Sequence record: OZ035771.1
Direction: 5' to 3' (one strand)
DNA length: 64,000 bases
Origin: Phapecoctavirus DIJ07P2
Shown here: in pieces, positions 1 to 9,470 of the stretch
Layout: each line of letters begins with the position of its first letter
Position numbering within the stretch: the stretch's first letter is position 1
Notes under the pieces: generated by a model
What the model was told of the DNA's origin: nothing
Database searches by the model: none
The model's input: the letters and a program-made list of their open reading frames with translations, nothing else
Position numbers and translations under genes: made by a program

Positions 1-2625
1 TACATCTTTGATAGTGCTATTGTTACGATCAATGGTGTTATTCAGGTTCTGGGGGAAGCTTTCCGTATAGAAGATAGTAAGATCATCTTATCTGAACCTT
101 TGGGACACGATCCTGCAACAGGGCTGCCAAACAAGCTTTTTGCTTATATTGGTAAAATCGTAGCTTCAGCAGATACAGATCCTAATCTAGAGAACCGTCT
201 TGTTAGTTTAGAAACAAAAACGGAAGAACTAACAGAAAGCATGGATAAAGTCCCTCTGCAAACTATTGCTCGTAAATATGGTTTGTTAGATGATGAGGTG
301 GCTTACGCAACAGCAGGTCAATCGTTAACAGGGATTAAAGCTCTGTATGATCCAGTAGCACAGTCTTCCTACACATTACCTCCTAACATCGCAGGAACTT
401 TAACATCCTTGTCTGTTTCTGGAGTAATGACTTATTCTGGGGGGTCTGTAGATCTTTCTGCACTAGCTGTTGAACGTGGACAGTTTGTTCATTTGCCTAC
501 AAGCTTTGGTAATAACGTAACTCTGACAGCTAAAAATCAGACGATTGGACGTGGTGCTGGTCGTTATCGTTGGGCTGGAAGTTTACCAAAAAGTATTTTG
601 GCCTCTGATACATTGGAGACAAGCGGTGGATTAGGTCCAAATGCATGGGTTCTGACCAATACAGAAGGACTGTTAACCCCTCGTGGTGGAACATACAACG
701 ATTTATTCGATGTTGTCTACTTGTCAGAATTTGCTAACAACACAACAACATATACCACACCAGAAGCGGCTTTCCAAGCGGCACTGTTAGCAGCAAAAGC
801 TTCGAAAAGCAAGATTCTCGATGCTTACGGTTGCGATATGACTTTCACGACAAGCTCTTTTGATATTCAAGGTATCACTTTGCGTGGGGGTGTGTTCCGT
901 GGTCAACGCGACTATCGTGTGCAAAATGCTACAGTAGAAGGCACAACTTTCCGTAACTCTCGTGTTATGTATTGGGGTGGTGCTGTGCGCATGTTCGATT
1001 GTTTGTGGGACGGTGCTCCTCGCGCAGGTCAAGTTGGTAGCTTGGTATTCCAAGGCAACCCAATATCAGGTACTTTTGAAATTGATAATTGTACTTTTAA
1101 AAATGGGTTATATGGCATCCTTCAACAAGGAACAGGGAAACCAGTAACACGCGGTGTCTTCCGTAACCTTACCTTCATGGATATGCAAGGTGATGCAATA
1201 GAACTGAACGTCATCAATAAACATTACGATGATGGTTGTGTGATTGAGAATATTTACCTGTCTAATATCGATGGGACTAACGCTCCTATTCCTCTGTCCA
1301 ACTGGGGTATCGGTATCGGTGTAGCTGGTAAAGGACCATATGGTTACGGAATCCCTGATGATCAATATTGCAAGAATATTACAATTCGTAACGTTTTTGC
1401 AAAACGTTGCCGTCAGATTGTCCACGTAGAAGTTGGTCGTAATATTTCTATCGAAAACATTCATGGCGATCCAGATCAAACCGTATCTGTTGGGACAGGT
1501 TTGGCAACTGGCGCAGTTGTAATGTATGGAAGTAAAGATTTTACGATTGACGGTGTTTATGGAGAGCCTAAAACAGACGGTAGCACACTTGCAAGTAATA
1601 TCCGTATGATTTATTTGGAGTGGGGAACTAACGCAGTTCTGGACGAAGAGGGTAATCCGGTAGTTCCGGCACAGGGCAGACCTTCAAACCCATGCTTTAA
1701 CTATTCTGTTCGTAACATTCACACCAAAACTGGGCGTGTTTTTGCAGGAGTTTCCGCTGGGCCAGGCTATGAAAACAGAGTCAGCTTTGAGAATATCCGT
1801 TGTGCTGCGTTGCAGTTGTTCGGTGTAGCTTCTTGGCTTTCAATGTCTAACATCACCTGTAATATCTTTGATTGTGTTGGTCAACCTGAATCTGGTCCAG
1901 GAACATTTTATGACGGATTCTTCCGTAGAGAAAAATCTGTTCTTGAGATGGTTAACGTAAACTGTTACCCAGATGGCAAGACGATGGTTACTGGTCGTCC
2001 ACAGTGGAGCCGTTGCCGTTACTCGGATATTCATCGTGTCAACTGTAATGTTGAAGCTAATATGTATACCAATATCGCAGGTGGTATTGGAGCTATTGTA
2101 GGGACAACGGGCAAAGTTTATTACTTAGAGCCTAATCCTAGTCGAAACATTGATGGAATGCATTTCCCAACAGGGAAAGAGTTTGACAAAGGTGATATGA
2201 TAGTCAAAGCGGATAATACGTTCTTCCTTGTAACAACAAGTGGGGCATATATTCCAGATATCCCAGCTTTCGGTATTCGAGCTACACAGGCAGGAGATAC
2301 CTTCCTGACACAGAACTTGACTCCTAACGGGACAGCAACAAATGCTTCTTGGTTGTATCATTACCCTCTGTCAGCAGGGACACGTATCCGTATTCCTGGT
2401 GCTGGCGTAGGTGGAGCAGATTTGGACACAGTTATTACTCGTGCACCTTATCAAGATAATGATACGTGGACTAACCCAGTTAAAATAGACATTGCAGATC
2501 CAATTGTAACGCCTACAAGTGCTGGAGTTAGAATTAAAACCATACCTAATGATTCCAGTAATGTTTCTGTAGGTAATACTGCGGTTATTCGCCCAACGCC
2601 AGTAGTAGATGTGCCAACAACCTAA
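1..2625 (+). CDS. tailspike/tail fibre-like protein with parallel beta-helix-type repeats; 5' end lies upstream of window
   Basis: frame open from nt 1 into track ORF 100..2625; Gly/Asn/Thr-rich; repeated rung-like motifs (NITIRNV, ISIENIHG, VRNIHTK, VSFENIRC); hairpin terminator follows. Confidence 0.5.
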   Translation, partial: YIFDSAIVTINGVIQVLGEAFRIEDSKIILSEPLGHDPATGLPNKLFAYIGKIVASADTDPNLENRLVSLETKTEELTESMDKVPLQTIARKYGLLDDEVAYATAGQSLTGIKALYDPVAQSSYTLPPNIAGTLTSLSVSGVMTYSGGSVDLSALAVERGQFVHLPTSFGNNVTLTAKNQTIGRGAGRYRWAGSLPKSILASDTLETSGGLGPNAWVLTNTEGLLTPRGGTYNDLFDVVYLSEFANNTTTYTTPEAAFQAALLAAKASKSKILDAYGCDMTFTTSSFDIQGITLRGGVFRGQRDYRVQNATVEGTTFRNSRVMYWGGAVRMFDCLWDGAPRAGQVGSLVFQGNPISGTFEIDNCTFKNGLYGILQQGTGKPVTRGVFRNLTFMDMQGDAIELNVINKHYDDGCVIENIYLSNIDGTNAPIPLSNWGIGIGVAGKGPYGYGIPDDQYCKNITIRNVFAKRCRQIVHVEVGRNISIENIHGDPDQTVSVGTGLATGAVVMYGSKDFTIDGVYGEPKTDGSTLASNIRMIYLEWGTNAVLDEEGNPVVPAQGRPSNPCFNYSVRNIHTKTGRVFAGVSAGPGYENRVSFENIRCAALQLFGVASWLSMSNITCNIFDCVGQPESGPGTFYDGFFRREKSVLEMVNVNCYPDGKTMVTGRPQWSRCRYSDIHRVNCNVEANMYTNIAGGIGAIVGTTGKVYYLEPNPSRNIDGMHFPTGKEFDKGDMIVKADNTFFLVTTSGAYIPDIPAFGIRATQAGDTFLTQNLTPNGTATNASWLYHYPLSAGTRIRIPGAGVGGADLDTVITRAPYQDNDTWTNPVKIDIADPIVTPTSAGVRIKTIPNDSSNVSVGNTAVIRPTPVVDVPTT

Positions 2626-2631
2626 TGGAGT

Positions 2632-2656
2632 AGAGGGGGATTCCCCCTCTTCTTCC
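2632..2656 (+). terminator. rho-independent terminator
   Basis: agagggggattccccctct hairpin plus T-rich tract directly after stop 2623-2625. Confidence 0.6.
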
Positions 2657-2686
2657 AATAGAATGGTCTAATGATAGGAGAGATAA

Positions 2687-4711
2687 ATGAATTTAACAAG
2701 ACCTAATAGTGCGATAGCCGATCTGGTAGAAGCTACTTATCGAAAACGTCGCAGCTTTGAGGCAGGTTTTACATTACGTAATTCCCGTGAAGTTTTGCTG
2801 TTAGCAGCAGAAGGGAATTATTACCAATGGAAAGGAACTTTTCCTAAAGTAGTTCCAGCAAACTCTACGCCAGCCACCACAGGTGGTATTTCTTCCCTTG
2901 CATGGCAAAGTGTTGGGACCGCTGATGATATAGCAATTATCAATGCCAAGTTTACGGCAATGCAGCAACAGATTGATGATCTGTCGGAAACAATACCTGA
3001 AGCTGGTAAATCGGCTTATCAGATCGCACTTGATAATGGTTTTGTTGGAACAGAAGCACAATGGCTTGCTTCTTTGAAAGGGGATACTGGTGCTCAACTT
3101 AATATTAAAGGATCATTAGCAAGCACTAGTGAACTACCATCTACAGGTAACGTAGCAGGTGATGGTTATATTGTAGGAGATGTAATCTACGCGTGGGATG
3201 GGGCTGTTTGGAAACTTATTTCTTCTCTTGGACCAGAAGGGAAATCAGCTTACGAGGTATGGTTGGCAGAGGGTAATACAGGATCTGTTTATGACTTTCT
3301 TGCCTCTATAAAAGGTGATAAAGGAGACGTTGGTCCTACAGGTCCACAGGGTGCACCTGGTGTCAACGCTAATGGTTTTGATTACCGTGGAGATTTGCCT
3401 TCTACAAGTAACTTACCACAACCTAACTCTGAAAACGTAAGCCAAGCTTATTCTATTAATGGTAATCTTTATGTCTCTAATGGGACAGCTTGGGTCAACA
3501 TGGGTAATATTGTTGGTCCTCAAGGTCCACAAGGTGAGGCAGGTAAAGACGGTCTAGATGGAACAGATGGAGACGAAGGGAAATCTGCATATCGAAGTTG
3601 GCTGGACGCTGGTAATGAAGGGACAGAAGTAGATTTTATTGCCTCGCTTAAAGGTCCAAAAGGAGACAAGGGAGAGCAAGGAGAACGAGGACCACAAGGC
3701 GAATTAGGTCCACAAGGACCAGTGGGTGCAACAGGATCAGGTTTAGAGATTATCGGGGTTCTGAACAGCGAAGCTGAACTTCCTCCGACTGGAGAAGTAG
3801 GTGATGCATATAAAATTAATAATGATTTGTATGTTTGGGTTCAAGATGCTACAGAATGGATGAATGTTGGCAGTCTTGGAGGAACATCAATTACAGCCAA
3901 AGGTCATGTTCCGAACAGCGAGGCTCTCCCTGTTTATAATAACTATGGTGATGCCTACTTAACTGAAGACACTAGTAATCTTTACATCTATACCTACGAT
4001 CAAGACACCAATTCCGCATCTTTTGTTGACATGGGAAGTATTAAAGGTGACAAAGGTGAAAAAGGGGATAAAGGAGATAAGGGTGATCCTGGAACAAACG
4101 GAACCAACGGTACTGATGGGACCAACGGTAAGGACGGCGCACAGTGGTTTGTAGCAACAACTAATCCAGTCGCAGGAGATGGTGTTATCAATGATTACGC
4201 CTTCAATACTACCACTGGGGCAGTGTTTAAGAAAACGGACTCTTCTACGTGGACACTTATAGGAACTCTTCCTAGTATACCAGAAGCTCCTCAAGACGGG
4301 TTGACTTATGGTCGCTCTGATGGAGACTGGATAGAAATATCGGGGTCAGATCCTACGGAAGCTATAACACCAACTAGAGTTACAGCAGGTTTCATGGAAC
4401 TTGAAACAACTACTGCCAACTCTGGAGCATCTTGGACTCCTTCTGGAACTTCCAATATGTATGTTGTTACAGTAACTGACGCTTTGACAGTTGGAGCATG
4501 GCCTGGTGTTACGAGTTCTACAAAACCTAAAGCATTTTCAGCAATGATTTATTTGATTCAAGATACAACGGGACACACGGTTACACTAGATGCGTCTTAT
4601 GGAGCACTGAATGATACAGAAATAGCAACTACTGCTAACGCAGTAACAATTTTGCAATTAACGTATCCTGGTGTGGGTGATATCGTGGACATGGTTGTTG
4701 TAACACGATAG
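2687..4711 (+). CDS. tail fibre protein with collagen-like Gly-X-Y tracts and internal repeats
   Basis: ATG 2687 with SD taggagag; Gly-X-Y runs (KGDKGDVGPTGPQGAPG; KGPKGDKGEQGERGPQGELGPQGPVGATG; KGDKGEKGDKGDKGDPGTNGTNGTDGTNGKDG); 3-4 repeats of GKSAY..W...G..G...F.AS.KG. Confidence 0.6.
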   Translation: MNLTRPNSAIADLVEATYRKRRSFEAGFTLRNSREVLLLAAEGNYYQWKGTFPKVVPANSTPATTGGISSLAWQSVGTADDIAIINAKFTAMQQQIDDLSETIPEAGKSAYQIALDNGFVGTEAQWLASLKGDTGAQLNIKGSLASTSELPSTGNVAGDGYIVGDVIYAWDGAVWKLISSLGPEGKSAYEVWLAEGNTGSVYDFLASIKGDKGDVGPTGPQGAPGVNANGFDYRGDLPSTSNLPQPNSENVSQAYSINGNLYVSNGTAWVNMGNIVGPQGPQGEAGKDGLDGTDGDEGKSAYRSWLDAGNEGTEVDFIASLKGPKGDKGEQGERGPQGELGPQGPVGATGSGLEIIGVLNSEAELPPTGEVGDAYKINNDLYVWVQDATEWMNVGSLGGTSITAKGHVPNSEALPVYNNYGDAYLTEDTSNLYIYTYDQDTNSASFVDMGSIKGDKGEKGDKGDKGDPGTNGTNGTDGTNGKDGAQWFVATTNPVAGDGVINDYAFNTTTGAVFKKTDSSTWTLIGTLPSIPEAPQDGLTYGRSDGDWIEISGSDPTEAITPTRVTAGFMELETTTANSGASWTPSGTSNMYVVTVTDALTVGAWPGVTSSTKPKAFSAMIYLIQDTTGHTVTLDASYGALNDTEIATTANAVTILQLTYPGVGDIVDMVVVTR

Positions 4712-4715
4712 TAGA

Positions 4716-4740
4716 AGCCCCGAAAGGGGCTTTCTTTTTA
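4716..4740 (+). terminator. rho-independent terminator
   Basis: agccccgaaaggggct hairpin followed by ttcttttta. Confidence 0.6.
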
Positions 4741-4752
4741 TGGAGGGTTTAA

Positions 4753-7425
4753 ATGTTTCCAATTCCAATATTTACTATTATGACCAGCACTGGTGTCGTT
4801 CCTCTGCCAGCGGGTATTGTTAAAAAAGTAATCACTTTAGATTACCCAGACAATGCTGGTAATTCTAACAGCAGTTTAGCAATTTTGCTTAACGATGGTA
4901 GATTGTTTACTCAAGGTGCAAACCTTTTTGGTGAGATTGCAGATGGAACTCGTAGTGCACGATGCAACAATTTCTACTTAGCTTCTACTGTAGTAGCAGA
5001 TGTGTTTACCGCAGATCGTTGTTTTGTTATTAAAACTAACAGTGGGGGATGGCAATATTCAGGACTGACAGCAGGGTTAGTAGGATCTATAGCAGCAGGT
5101 GGTACGGATGCATGTGTAACTACTTGGACCAGCTTTCCATCTGTAATAACAGGGACTATCTCTTTAGCCAATCTTAAAGAGGTTAAGGGAGGATATAACA
5201 ACACTCTCTGGTTAATGAATAGTGGTGTTCTTTATGGATCGGGTCAAAACACAGTAGGCAGTTTAGGTGCAAGCACTACTAACGAAGTTTCTACTCCTCG
5301 TCAGATAACAAGCGCAGCAGTTGCTTTTGATGCAGGTTACAACCAATGCTCTTATGTCAACAATGTGGGAACCTTGCGTGTTTGTGGAGCTAGTAAAGGT
5401 TTAGCAGGTAATAATAACACAACAAAAGCTTTTGTAAATGCTACGATATCCACTACTGAAACAGTGTATGTCAAAGATTACATCAATACCGTTTCCCAGA
5501 CAATAGTTGTAGGAGATACCTCCGGTGGAACTGGTACAACAAACTACCTTTATGTTAGATCTAATACAGAAACAACCTACACTAAGCTGGATACCTTTGC
5601 AGCAGGTTTCTCAACATGGAAGTTTCCACCGAGCCGTCACTCTTTTTTCGTTGGGATTAATAATTCCTTGTGGGCTATCGGTAAGAACTATACGGCAAAC
5701 TTAGGTCTGGGGTATGATTCTGCGAGCGGAGATCCACTCCAAGTGGGAAAACCAGTTAAACCTGAAGGAGTGGGTTCCTGGGATATAAACAAGCTCACAA
5801 GCGTTCATACGCTGAATATGGATGTTACTAACCAATTAGGTTATCAAGGAACATTTTTCGTTTATAATGGAAGTATGTATTATTCCGGTATTTGGAAAGA
5901 TGGGAAAGCGTCATATCTGTTCAATAGCGGTCTAAACTATAATAAATTCACACCAATAGCAAGCTCCGTGATTACGGGTGATGTGCTGGCAACTAGCTTA
6001 ACTACAGATTCTTTAGGAATTTGTATTGTAGGTGGAACTAAACAGTTGACACATTCTGTTAGCCCAGAAGGAGGTAAACTTTTCAATATTAAATACACTT
6101 CTTCTGCCCCTGCAAACATGACAATATCATCTACTGGCTTAATGACTTTCCAAGCAGAAGGTGGTTTTGATGCAGGTATGACAGCCTTAAACGCTGAAGG
6201 AACAACTCTATCAGATATCTCTGGAGGATATGCTTCAACATTGAGCGTTTACACCCCTAGCTTATCTGCGATGGATGTAGGAACAACACAAACAATGGTA
6301 GCAGAAATAACGCCAACAGGAGCAGCAAGCTTACCTGGTATGGTTGTTGAGTATACAACTACAGATCCTAGTGTTGCTACAGTAGATCCTACAACTGGCG
6401 TAATAACTGGAGTTGGTGATGGTGGTTGTAGAATTGGTTGCACAGCTACGTATCAAGGTGTTGTTACCGCTTCTGATAGTTCTTATTTAACGGTGAACGC
6501 TGTTGCGGGAAAGGAGTTAGCTCCATCTCCGAGTAGTAGTTTAACGGTTCTAAACGGATATTTCAACCACTCGGCAGATGGGGCGATTACGTTCCCAACT
6601 TTATCGGGTACTGTTACACCAGCTAACTTTGTAGTTAAGGTGGATGACGTTGTAGTTCCTTCAAGTAAAGTAATATTTAGAAATAAAGCTTTCTCTACAG
6701 TGGATAGTTATCCAGCAGGAGAATATAGACTGGCTATTGAATTTGCAAGTGCTTCTGTAGTTAATAATGTTGAGGTATCTATGGAAGCAAATCCAGATCT
6801 TTTAGAATTGTGGGGCGGCAACAGGATTGGTTATTCTACAAGCCCAGCCTCACAGTTCTTAAAAGGTTGTGCTAACTTAAGACGAATAACCTCTGATTGT
6901 TTTAGTAACACATCTTACACCGGAACGTCTATAAGTGGTATTTTCTCTGGCTGCACAAGTTTGACAGCTATCCCTGAAGGATTATTCAGCGATACTTTAT
7001 TTCCTTCGATGACAACAATGTCAAGCACGTTTGAAGGTTGTACGTCTTTAACATCTATTCCTTCTGATTTATTTAAAAATTTATCAAAAGTTACAAGATA
7101 CTCTTACACCTTTAAAAATTGCACCTCTCTTGCAGAAGTTCCAGCCGGAATGTTTGACAATATTCCAACGAAAGTAACCTCTTTAACAGCTACGTTCCAA
7201 GGTTGTTTAGCACTTACAGATTTTAATAAAATCTTTAATGACAACCCAGGGTTAACGGTTTGTGGTCAACGTGGAGCATTGTCTTCTTTCTTTAGTGGAT
7301 GCACAAATCTTACAGGAACAGGAGTAACATTAACAAGCACATTAGGTGGAGCAGCTAATAGTTACCTATTCAGGTATTGCACAAAACTTTCTGATTATAA
7401 CAACATTCCTTCGGGTTATAAATAA
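4753..7425 (+). CDS. tail fibre/receptor-binding protein with Ig-like segment and C-terminal BspA-type leucine-rich repeats
   Basis: ATG 4753, SD ggaggg; C-terminal repeats FSGCTSLTAIPEGLF, FEGCTSLTSIPSDLF, FKNCTSLAEVPAGMF, FQGCLALTDF; Ig-like stretch VTVDPTTGVITGVGDGG. Confidence 0.55.
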   Translation: MFPIPIFTIMTSTGVVPLPAGIVKKVITLDYPDNAGNSNSSLAILLNDGRLFTQGANLFGEIADGTRSARCNNFYLASTVVADVFTADRCFVIKTNSGGWQYSGLTAGLVGSIAAGGTDACVTTWTSFPSVITGTISLANLKEVKGGYNNTLWLMNSGVLYGSGQNTVGSLGASTTNEVSTPRQITSAAVAFDAGYNQCSYVNNVGTLRVCGASKGLAGNNNTTKAFVNATISTTETVYVKDYINTVSQTIVVGDTSGGTGTTNYLYVRSNTETTYTKLDTFAAGFSTWKFPPSRHSFFVGINNSLWAIGKNYTANLGLGYDSASGDPLQVGKPVKPEGVGSWDINKLTSVHTLNMDVTNQLGYQGTFFVYNGSMYYSGIWKDGKASYLFNSGLNYNKFTPIASSVITGDVLATSLTTDSLGICIVGGTKQLTHSVSPEGGKLFNIKYTSSAPANMTISSTGLMTFQAEGGFDAGMTALNAEGTTLSDISGGYASTLSVYTPSLSAMDVGTTQTMVAEITPTGAASLPGMVVEYTTTDPSVATVDPTTGVITGVGDGGCRIGCTATYQGVVTASDSSYLTVNAVAGKELAPSPSSSLTVLNGYFNHSADGAITFPTLSGTVTPANFVVKVDDVVVPSSKVIFRNKAFSTVDSYPAGEYRLAIEFASASVVNNVEVSMEANPDLLELWGGNRIGYSTSPASQFLKGCANLRRITSDCFSNTSYTGTSISGIFSGCTSLTAIPEGLFSDTLFPSMTTMSSTFEGCTSLTSIPSDLFKNLSKVTRYSYTFKNCTSLAEVPAGMFDNIPTKVTSLTATFQGCLALTDFNKIFNDNPGLTVCGQRGALSSFFSGCTNLTGTGVTLTSTLGGAANSYLFRYCTKLSDYNNIPSGYK

Positions 7426-7430
7426 GAAAA

Positions 7431-7457
7431 GGAGCCATTTGGCTCCTTTCTTTTATT
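7431..7457. terminator. probable bidirectional terminator between convergent genes
   Basis: ggagccatttggctcc hairpin flanked by T-rich tract on plus strand and A-rich tract upstream. Confidence 0.55.
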
Positions 7458-7489
7458 CAGCGTTCAACCTCATACACTTGAAACAAACC

Positions 7490-8422
7490 TTAGAAGCAAT
7501 GCAGGAAGTTTCTACCATATTGCAGTCCAATAGGGGCAAATGGAATATCATCGTCGAAGTCCATTGGAGGTTCTTCTTGATTACTTGGAGTTGGTTCTGG
7601 TTGTGGTTCAGGTTTCTTAACTTCTTTCTTCTCTTCTTTCTTAGGCTGTTCTGCGGAACCACGAATGGCAGCAGCAACTTTATCAGACAGAGCCAGAACT
7701 TTACGAGCAGAATCAATCAGATCTTCTACAGAGACAGTCTTAATGGTATGGTCTTTACAAGCATTGAGAATAGCGTGACCAACAGATGCCCCAAGATCAT
7801 AATCATTAATATCAACACCACGAGATTCAGCAACTTCCGATTTCAGCGTGACGGTTGCAGATTGAACAACCCCAGCGATATCGAAAGCATCGCCTTTAAC
7901 ACCATTACGAATCAGTTCCAGTGCACCATTTACTGCGTGACCAGTTTCCAGACCTACAGTATCACGTTTTTTATAGGACTGCTTAGGAGCAGCATCGTTG
8001 GAACCTTTATTGCCAGAAGATTTGTTAGACTTCTGAACACCATCGGTAGACAATACTGTAATACGAGATTTTTTAGTATTGTAGTAAGTCTTACCGCCTT
8101 TATTATCAACGCGATCAATATCAATACTTACTTCTACACCTTTTTCAATAGTGATCCAATTATCACCTTCTTTGACTTGCAGGTTTTCATAACCTTCTTT
8201 CAGTTCAATGTCACCAAGAGAAATCCAAACACCTTTCTCATCTGGTTTAGCACCTTTCTCTTTCAGAACAAGAGAAGCTCGGTGAGTTGAAACAATCGTT
8301 TTTCCTTCCCAATGAAAAGTTTTAGGTTCAGCGAATTTATCCAGTTTAACGTAGTCTACGATACCAGTTGCATAAGTTACGGTTTTGCCTTTACGATCAG
8401 TTTCAGTATTAATTACGGACAT
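7490..8422 (-). CDS. SSB-like ssDNA-binding protein candidate carrying an E. coli SSB-type acidic tail motif
   Basis: ATG 8422 with SD gaggag; Lys/Glu/Pro-rich linker then EEPPMDFDDDIPF (last 9 residues as I recall the E. coli SSB C-terminus), followed by 15 further codons before the stop. Confidence 0.45.
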   Translation of the reverse strand: MSVINTETDRKGKTVTYATGIVDYVKLDKFAEPKTFHWEGKTIVSTHRASLVLKEKGAKPDEKGVWISLGDIELKEGYENLQVKEGDNWITIEKGVEVSIDIDRVDNKGGKTYYNTKKSRITVLSTDGVQKSNKSSGNKGSNDAAPKQSYKKRDTVGLETGHAVNGALELIRNGVKGDAFDIAGVVQSATVTLKSEVAESRGVDINDYDLGASVGHAILNACKDHTIKTVSVEDLIDSARKVLALSDKVAAAIRGSAEQPKKEEKKEVKKPEPQPEPTPSNQEEPPMDFDDDIPFAPIGLQYGRNFLHCF

Positions 8423-8438
8423 TATTATCTCCTCTATA

Positions 8439-8831
8439 TTACATTAATTTTGCACAGAAAGAGCGGAGTCTTTCCATATCATCTTGCTCTAACAGGTATT
8501 TACCTTTACCTATTCCAACTCCAATTTCACCATTAGGAAAATGAACTATTTGCACTGGGAAACCTCCGAGTTTAATTGTGGCAGCTTTGCCTTCTTCGTC
8601 TATAACGTTTCGGATTGTATCTTGCAGTGAAATGAATTCTTTGTTTGTAACAGTGGTTTCAATTATTTCAGATGTTCCAACACGAGCGGTTAGCTTCTTG
8701 TCGCCACCTTGAATAACCAAAATTTGAAAATAAAAAGAGTTGTCAAGACCTACAACATTTTTCTCAACTAGTGTCAAACTGGTGTAGTTTCCATAAACAG
8801 TTTCAACAGCTATCTTAGAACGTTCAGTCAT
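8439..8831 (-). CDS. hypothetical protein (130 aa)
   Basis: track ORF; co-directional tight packing; own promoter upstream. Confidence 0.45.
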   Translation of the reverse strand: MTERSKIAVETVYGNYTSLTLVEKNVVGLDNSFYFQILVIQGGDKKLTARVGTSEIIETTVTNKEFISLQDTIRNVIDEEGKAATIKLGGFPVQIVHFPNGEIGVGIGKGKYLLEQDDMERLRSFCAKLM

Positions 8832-8839
8832 TGAATGCT

Positions 8840-8869
8840 ATCCTATCATAAAATGTTTAATATTGTCAA
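8840..8869 (-). promoter_or_regulatory. sigma70-like promoter (TTGACA-N18-TAGGAT) on minus strand
   Basis: plus-strand tgtcaa at 8864-8869 and atccta at 8840-8845, just upstream of ATG 8831. Confidence 0.4.
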
Positions 8870-8876
8870 GCTTTAA

Positions 8877-9470
8877 TTACCAAGGAATATCATCTTCTTC
8901 CAATCGGGTATCTACTTGAGGTGGACGTGGAACCTTAACCTCTTTCACAAAACGAAGATACGGGAAACGTGTAGCAATTTTAATAACGTGTTTGGCATCT
9001 TCTCTAACATCTTTGTGCAAGAAGCAGATCCCTGTTTCCAAAGTTGTTTCAAAATCTTTAGAGTAATAACAATCCTTTCCATCAAATGCAGCCTGGCAGA
9101 TGGACAGATCAAACTCATTTAGAAAGGTTGTCATTACGCTTGGTTCCATAATCATAAGGTTGCAAAGCTGACCATCACGTTCAAACTCAAAAACGTGTTT
9201 AAGACCAGTAACACCTTCATAATTGTCAGAAGCCTCTTTGTTTCCTAGTTTACGAATATTGGTTCCCATTAAAGCAGATGCAATTAATCCTTGTATTTGT
9301 TCTTCAGTCCGATGTGCAGGAAGGGACGTATAGAAATCCAGATCACGTCCAGCAATATCAAGAATACGCCAATCACGAACAGCACCGCCAGCCAAGACAG
9401 AATTAGGATCAGCGATCTTTAATACGGTAAGAATTTCTTTGGCAATATTGATTTGTTTTGATTTAGTCAT
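8877..9470 (-). CDS. Pol-beta-superfamily nucleotidyltransferase (CCA-adding/poly(A) polymerase head-like)
   Basis: motif LAGGAVRD-x9-GRDLDF (GGxVRD...DxD); C-terminus ...RLEEDDIPW resembles an SSB-type tail. Confidence 0.45.
   Translation of the reverse strand: MTKSKQINIAKEILTVLKIADPNSVLAGGAVRDWRILDIAGRDLDFYTSLPAHRTEEQIQGLIASALMGTNIRKLGNKEASDNYEGVTGLKHVFEFERDGQLCNLMIMEPSVMTTFLNEFDLSICQAAFDGKDCYYSKDFETTLETGICFLHKDVREDAKHVIKIATRFPYLRFVKEVKVPRPPQVDTRLEEDDIPW

Noticed and set aside
7346-8290. Plus-strand ORF of 314 aa (track) opposite the SSB-like gene
   Set aside because: Low-complexity Phe/Leu/Asn-rich antisense frame without SD, running against a well-supported minus-strand gene and through a terminator
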